DNA of 40,802 bases from Octopus bimaculoides (lineage: Eukaryota). This document shows, piece after piece, positions 34,665 through 40,802 of this stretch. The stretch spans positions 81,964,728 through 82,005,529 of the forward strand of contig NC_068982.1 of NCBI RefSeq assembly GCF_001194135.2. Direction: 5' to 3'. The position numbers and the translations under genes are program-made. The notes beneath the pieces are model-generated. The model was not told the DNA's origin. It did not search any database and saw only the letters and a list, made by a program, of their open reading frames with translations. The first letter of the stretch is position 1. The number at the start of each line of letters is the position of its first letter.

Positions 34665-35960
34665 CTTGTTCGAAGGTGTGCTGATTTGCTTGAGGTTAGG
34701 AATTATTGAATAGGATAATCTAATTGTATTCTTGTTAAATCCTGATAAAGATGTTATAATCCTTGTGTTAAATTCTGCCAACAATAGTTTCTTTATTAAA
34801 GAAAAGATTTTAGCCATAGGTCTGCTCTCTTTCATATCAAATGGTGGGTTATACCAAATAATGTGTTAGTCCTATTCTATCTAATCCTACATTCATTTTG
34901 ATTTGAAACCACAATGAACCAAAGCTTCGTTAAAATAGATGAGTAATCCCTAAATATCTGCTTGTTAGACACAACCAAGGTAATCTGAGTGAGATATTTT
35001 AAAACTCACTTAAAAATGTTCATGTTGTTTGGATGGTTAGAAAATTTATTGCTATAAGACGGGTTTTCTATGTAGGGAAAAATAATCCATGAGAGATTCA
35101 GGGCCATTTTCTGGAAATTCACAACAGATAAGTTCGCGTCATGTGTAATCGACATGTTAACATCTTTAAAAGAGTTAATCAGGTCCTTCCTGAATCTGTC
35201 GATAGTCGGGTACTGCAACTAGTCATTGTCAACAGGCCATCATCTCTATAAAAGCCGCCTTCCAAATAGATAAATTCATCAATAAAGTTAGTTACCTCAG
35301 TCGAATCACTTTCATCCACACTCACGTCAAAAGGAGTAGTTGTGGATTTTTAAAAATCCAAATTGAATTATTATGAGTTATGAGTTTTCTATGGATGATA
35401 ATCAAATCAACTTTGGTATCACTAATCTCAGTTATTGTTTACAGTAAGATCAATATCTCTACGTAGTAACGGTAATGTGATTGCAGTATAATAATTATTT
35501 TGTATTATATTGAATAAATCTTGTGCATACCTTATAAGTGATATTTTTCAAGTAGTCTATCACCGGAAAGGAATTACTCCACAGGATTAAAGGGGCTCCT
35601 TCCCCGAGCTTAGCTGATATACATTTGCTAAGTTTACCTATATCTTATTTAATAGGGTTAACCAGCCTAATAGATGGGTTATTATTGAAACCCGGTATAT
35701 GACTAGTGAGTGTGAAATAAGGGGTTATGGAGTGGTTATGTTCGATTCTGGTTATGTAATTCGGAAGAAATTGTAAATCCAGAATTGTTGATACAGTTCA
35801 ATATTTTCTTTTACGCCAATATTTGATAAGCGCATTGTAATAACCATTCCTGCCAGAATAAAGATGGACGACATTCGAATTCTTCATCTTTCTAACACAG
35901 GTTTTTAAATCATTTTGCAATGTGTTTTCCTAGTGAATTTAATATTTTTGATAAGTACTT
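34665..35960 (-). mobile_element. Decayed Penelope-like element, RT and thumb/linker region
   Basis: Minus: FNNNPSIRLVNPIK*DIGKLSK, FDVSV..SDSTEV, GGFYRDDGLL (catalytic YRDD, ~35240-35265), FKDVNMSITHDANLSVVNF...FSNHP, WYNPPFD, FNKNTIRLSYSIIPNLK; many stops and frameshifts. Confidence 0.88.
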
Positions 35961-36086
35961 CTCGAACAACGCCAACGTAGGCTAGAAGAACATGTAGGAT
36001 TTCAATATAAGTATCTCATCGATATTCTGTCTATTACTCATACAGACACACACAAAGTTTAACTATTACTCACACACAGATGCTGG

Positions 36087-36215
36087 AAAATACATACACA
36101 TGTATGCATGTATGTATGTATGTATGTATGTATGTATGTATGTATGTATGTATATGTGTGTGTGCGTATGTATGTATGTGTGTGTGTATGTGTGTGTGCA
36201 TGTACGTGTGTGTAT
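36087..36215. repeat. (TATG)n/(TG)n microsatellite
   Basis: Directly visible. Confidence 0.9.
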
Positions 36216-37460
36216 ACACGCAAACATTAAGCAAAAAGTACTGACATAACATCAGATAACATACACACCACACACACCCGACTGAGTCAATGCAATGTAC
36301 ACACATACATACTCAAATTGACATATACATATACATACACATACATACTCACACACACACACATACATACACACCCATACATACCTAGATACACAAACAC
36401 ACACACTCACAAACGCGATTGACAGTTCTAAGTTTCGCCAGACGGTTCCTCAGATTGTGTGACTATTGTATATTCTGTATAGAATTCTACAACAAATAAT
36501 GGTTATTTTACTGTATACATGTATATAAACAGCCTTGTATGTTAAAATCTAACGGCATTACTCTCTCTTTCCCACTCTGTCTTTCTCTCTCTCCCTCTGT
36601 CTCTCACTCCTTCTTTCTCTCACTCTAATATAGATATATATATGAATATATATATTCTGAGTGTATTGAGTTGATGTTTTGAATTACCATGAAGCGTTCA
36701 GAAGATTGGTCTGTTTGTTAAATAACAACACACACANNNNNNNNNNNNNNNNNNNNNNNNNNNNNNNNNNNNNNNNNNNNNNNNNNNNNNNNNNNNNNNN
36801 NNNNNNNNNNNNNNNNNNNNNNNNNNNNNNNNNNNNNNNNNNNNNNNNNNNNNNNNNNNNNNNNNNNNNNNNNNNNNNNNNNNNNNNNNNNNNNNNNNNN
36901 NNNNNNNNNNNNNNNNNNNNNNNNNNNNNNNNNNNNNNNNNNNNNNNNNNNNNNNNNNNNNNNNNNNNNNNNNNNNNNNNNNNNNNNNNNNNNNNNNNNN
37001 NNNNNNNNNNNNNNNNNNNNNNNNNNNNNNNNNNNNNNNNNNNNNNNNNNNNNNNNNNNNNNNNNNNNNNNNNNNNNNNNNNNNNNNNNNNNNNNNNNNN
37101 NNNNNNNNNNNNNNNNNNNNNNNNNNNNNNNNNNNNNNNNNNNNNNNNNNNNNNNNNNNNNNNNNNNNNNNNNNNNNNNNNNNNNNNNNNNNNNNNNNNN
37201 NNNNNNNNNNNNNNNNNNNNNNNNNNNNNNNNNNNNNNNNNNNNNNNNNNNNNNNNNNNNNNNNNNNNNNNNNNNNNNNNNNNNNNNNNNNNNNNNNNNN
37301 NNNNNNNNNNNNNNNNNNNNNNNNNNNNNNNNNNNNNNNNNNNNNNNNNNNNNNNNNNNNNNNNNNNNNNNNNNNNNNNNNNNNNNNNNNNNNNNNNNNN
37401 NNNNNNNNNNNNNNNNGATCAGAGTAAACCTGGGGTTAAACTGCGACACATGGGCAGAAT

Positions 37461-37461
<1 letters not shown>

Positions 37462-37515
<54 letters not shown>

Positions 37516-38135
37516 GGAGAGAGAGAGAGTGGAAGAGAAATACAGAGAGACAGAAAGACCTAGAAAGGCAAAAATATTCACACAACTTCAAACGCACCAC
37601 TTCACGTCTTCATATCCAATAAAAAAATACATACAATACACACATGCAGGTATACACAGCCATATACATACAAGTACACATATACATACACCCATACACA
37701 AATACACACACATATGCATACATAGACAAACGCATACGTACAAACACACACATACGCAAACAGACATACACGCATAAGACAACATACACATAAGCAAACA
37801 TACGCATGCACACACATACACATACCGACATACACATATATATTTATGCATACGGAGTTATACACATATGCACACATGAACACACATTGATGCATATACA
37901 CACATACATATACAGATACGCACAAATATACACAAGTATACATATACATTCGAACGCATATGCACACGCGAACACTCTCACAAGTATAGATATACATACA
38001 CAGGCATACGTATACAGATACACACACAAACATACTCGTATACATACACAGGTACACATATGTACACATATACATACACACCCGAACACATATATACACA
38101 CAAAGCCATGTACGCCCCGCTACACATCTACACCA
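37462..38135. repeat. (GA)n followed by CA/TA low-complexity tract
   Basis: Directly visible. Confidence 0.85.
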
Positions 38136-38579
38136 CACCCCTTCTAGTAGGCCCAAACAACCAACAACACTAGAAGTTTCCACATCGTATTATAGGGGCG
38201 GAAGGAGGTCCCTGGAGTGATGACACGCGATATGTTGGAACAGGAGACGGGAGGTGCGGTGTATTGTGTGTGTGTGTCCATGTGTGTGTCTGAATGTGAG
38301 TGTGTGTCAGTGTGTGCGTGTATCAATGCATTTATATGAGGGTATAAGGCTCAGTAAATATATGTGCACACGTCACTATGTGCGTATGTAGGAATATTTG
38401 TGTATGTGTATGTGTGGGTGCGTGAGTATGTGTGTGCTGTGGTGTTTAATTTCAGAAGCAGGAGCAGCAACAGTAGTAGCAGTAACATCATCAGCAGCAG
38501 GCATCAATTCTAATGTCAGACTCATTATATGGAATACCAACGATGGTAATGAGATAATGGTAGTGCCATTATCAGACAG

Positions 38580-38642
38580 AGCGGGGTGGTGATGGTGGTG
38601 GCCATGGTGGAGGCGGGGGTCGCCGCCGTCGTCGTCGTAGTG

Positions 38643-38691
<49 letters not shown>

Positions 38692-39390
38692 GTAATGATG
38701 GTGGTGGATGTAGTGGTAATGGTGATAGAGGTAGTGTTGGCGGCGGTATTTGCGGTGGTGGTCCTAGGGTTGTAAAGGAGCTGTTGTTGTTGTTGCTGTT
38801 GGTGGTAATAGTAGCATAGGAGGTGGTGGAAGAGTAGTGACGGTAAAAATGTCGGTACAGTGTTGCATTATGGAAGGAGGTGGCGGTGAAGAATTTGTAC
38901 TAATTATGGTGTAGTGTTGGTATACACTGGTGTTGTAGTATGGGCAGTAGTAATAGTGGTAGATGGATACTGTGGTGATGATAATGGTGTGGTGCAGTAA
39001 CAGTGTAGTGATGGGGTGTATGGTGGTCTAGTGTGGGTGTTGTAGTTGTAGTGTATATATGATGATGATGATGATGAGGATGGTGGTGATGGTGATATGG
39101 TGGTGGTGGTGATGTAGTGCTGTGATTCAAATGTTGAGACCAGATTCAGAGAAGGATTATCATGTAGTAACGATTGTTTTGACAGTGGTGGTTGTGGTAG
39201 TAGTTGTGGTGGAGGTGCGATGAATGTTATAAAGGAATGGAGAACTTGGAGTGGAGCAATGGTTGTGGACATTGTAATGGAGTTTGGGGCTATTGAGGTG
39301 GTAGTTGTAGTAGTGGTGGTGACGGTGGTGGTGGTGATGGTAGTAGTAGTAGTAGCAGTAGTAGTAGTAGTTGTTGTTGTTGTAATTGCT
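38580..39390. repeat. (GGT)/(GAT)/(GTA) low-complexity tract
   Basis: Directly visible. Confidence 0.85.
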
Positions 39391-39638
39391 CGTCGGTATG
39401 ATGGTGGTGATTTTATATGTATGAAGTCATTTAAAAATAAATTAATTGGAGGAGAGAGAAGATTAAAATGCATACCTTTTTTGTTTGTTTATTTATTGGT
39501 TGTGTTGTGAGTCGATGCAGTTTAAGATTTAGTTTGAAAGAACAGTTATAGAGGCACCTTTCTAGGTGGAATTGTAAAAGTCTGTGGTTTTAGACAGGAA
39601 ACTTTCTGCGTCAGTTATCATCCAAAAAAAACAAATCA

Positions 39639-39910
39639 TTACAATTTCACGCCCTTAACGATAATATTGTTCATTTTTGGTGGCGTTAACAGTGAAAAGT
39701 TCCTGGGAATATTGGGCAAACGTTAAAGACAGTGACGAAAGTAAACACGACACAGGTAGTGGATGCGAATATAAATGTAAATATACAAACAACATAGATA
39801 TACAATATAGTGACAGAATAAAGCCTTGCGGCTTTGAGACAACAGAAGGTGTATGTATAAATAACACAATGAGGAAATGCTCTATAAGACTGGAAACGGA
39901 AAGTGGACAG
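39639..39910. repeat. Dispersed repeat, copy B (homologous to 11385-11765); + frame is open and Cys-containing, so a coding exon is not excluded
   Basis: Homology blocks as listed for copy A; open frame KSSWEYWANVKDS...GCEYKCKY...PCGFETTEGVCINNTMRKCSIRLETESGQ with AG at 39691-92 and CAG/GTGAGA at 39911. Confidence 0.55.
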
Positions 39911-39914
39911 GTGA

Positions 39915-39990
39915 GAGCGTTTCTCAACCGGGGTTCCCCGGAACCCTAGAGATCCGCAAAAGGTTCCTAGGTATTCCGCGAGAAGGATTG
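39915..39990 (+). mobile_element. hAT (Charlie-like) DNA transposon terminal remnant
   Basis: gagcgtttctcaaccggggttccccggaaccctag resembles Charlie-type termini CAG.GTTTCTCAACC.GGG.TCC..GGA.CCC. Confidence 0.5.
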
Positions 39991-40019
39991 AGATAAGCTA
40001 ATGCTAATTTCATGATCGT

Positions 40020-40054
40020 AACACACACGCACGCGCACGTGCACGCACGCGCAC

Positions 40055-40105
<51 letters not shown>
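40020..40105. repeat. (CA)n/(CG) alternating purine-pyrimidine tract
   Basis: Directly visible. Confidence 0.9.
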
Positions 40106-40106
<1 letters not shown>

Positions 40107-40802
40107 CCAAATTTAGGGAATGGAGTACCTAAAATCTAGGCTACATATGTTTTCTAGCTTGCAAAACCTCGGAAATAGTAACTACTCAAACGAGGGCTAC
40201 TTCCCTAACTACTCATCATTTGGCCTGGTGAGTAACTAGCGGAGTACCTCCTCGCTTAAGTAAATGCCGCTTCTGAGGTTCTTCCAGCTAGGAATATACG
40301 TAGCTTGGATTTTATCGATTCCATTCCTAAAACTTGGATTTTTATTAGCATACACACCAACCCCAGTTGCTAACCGTGAACTTCGATATGGGAAACATTT
40401 ACGACCTTCTACGTCAATAAACCACTATTGTTCCTGAAAGTTGTTTTTATACCTTCTACTGAATGTTGGAAGCTTACGAACTTCCTACACCTTGATCCTT
40501 GGATCTTACCTTTACATATTATTATATATACATATATTGTAGAATTAAAAATAGAAAGTTCTGGGTAGAATATATATTTGAAAAAACAAAAAAGGACTAG
40601 AAATGGCTTATTTAATAATTTTTGCACTTTAATAATTAGATGTTTATAAATTATTAGGCGTTTACAAATCGTAAAATACATAATGATTTATAAACATCTA
40701 ATTATTAAAGTGAGAAGATTATCAGAAAAGCCATTTCTATTAATGACGCTCCCCATATCTATTGAATTTTAAATATATATATGCGCGCGCGCACACACAC
40801 AC

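Overview
This is AT-rich, microsatellite-saturated animal genomic DNA from a gappy draft assembly, with about 16 N-gaps. The SINE families, (TAA)n-targeted retroelements and Penelope remnants resemble those I recall from Octopus/coleoid cephalopod genomes; that assignment is an inference. No confident host protein-coding gene is present, and almost all ORFs in the supplied track are simple-repeat or gap artefacts. The window contains: (1) a cluster of restriction-like-endonuclease (R4/Dong-type) non-LTR retrotransposon pieces in (TAA)n tracts at 4.1-10.4 kb; (2) tRNA-derived SINEs; (3) decayed Penelope RT, mariner, RTE/CR1-like LINE and hAT fragments; (4) several Penelope-type minimal type I hammerhead ribozyme motifs. 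One hammerhead (19804-19864) has an intact core and overlaps a 24-bp palindrome arm that could lock it. There is also (5) a ~1.6 kb degenerate 33/35-bp minisatellite whose unit matches the central domain of the local SINE, and (6) an isolated 18-bp stem-loop resembling a pre-miRNA. All alignments and folds were done by eye; no database search was run.
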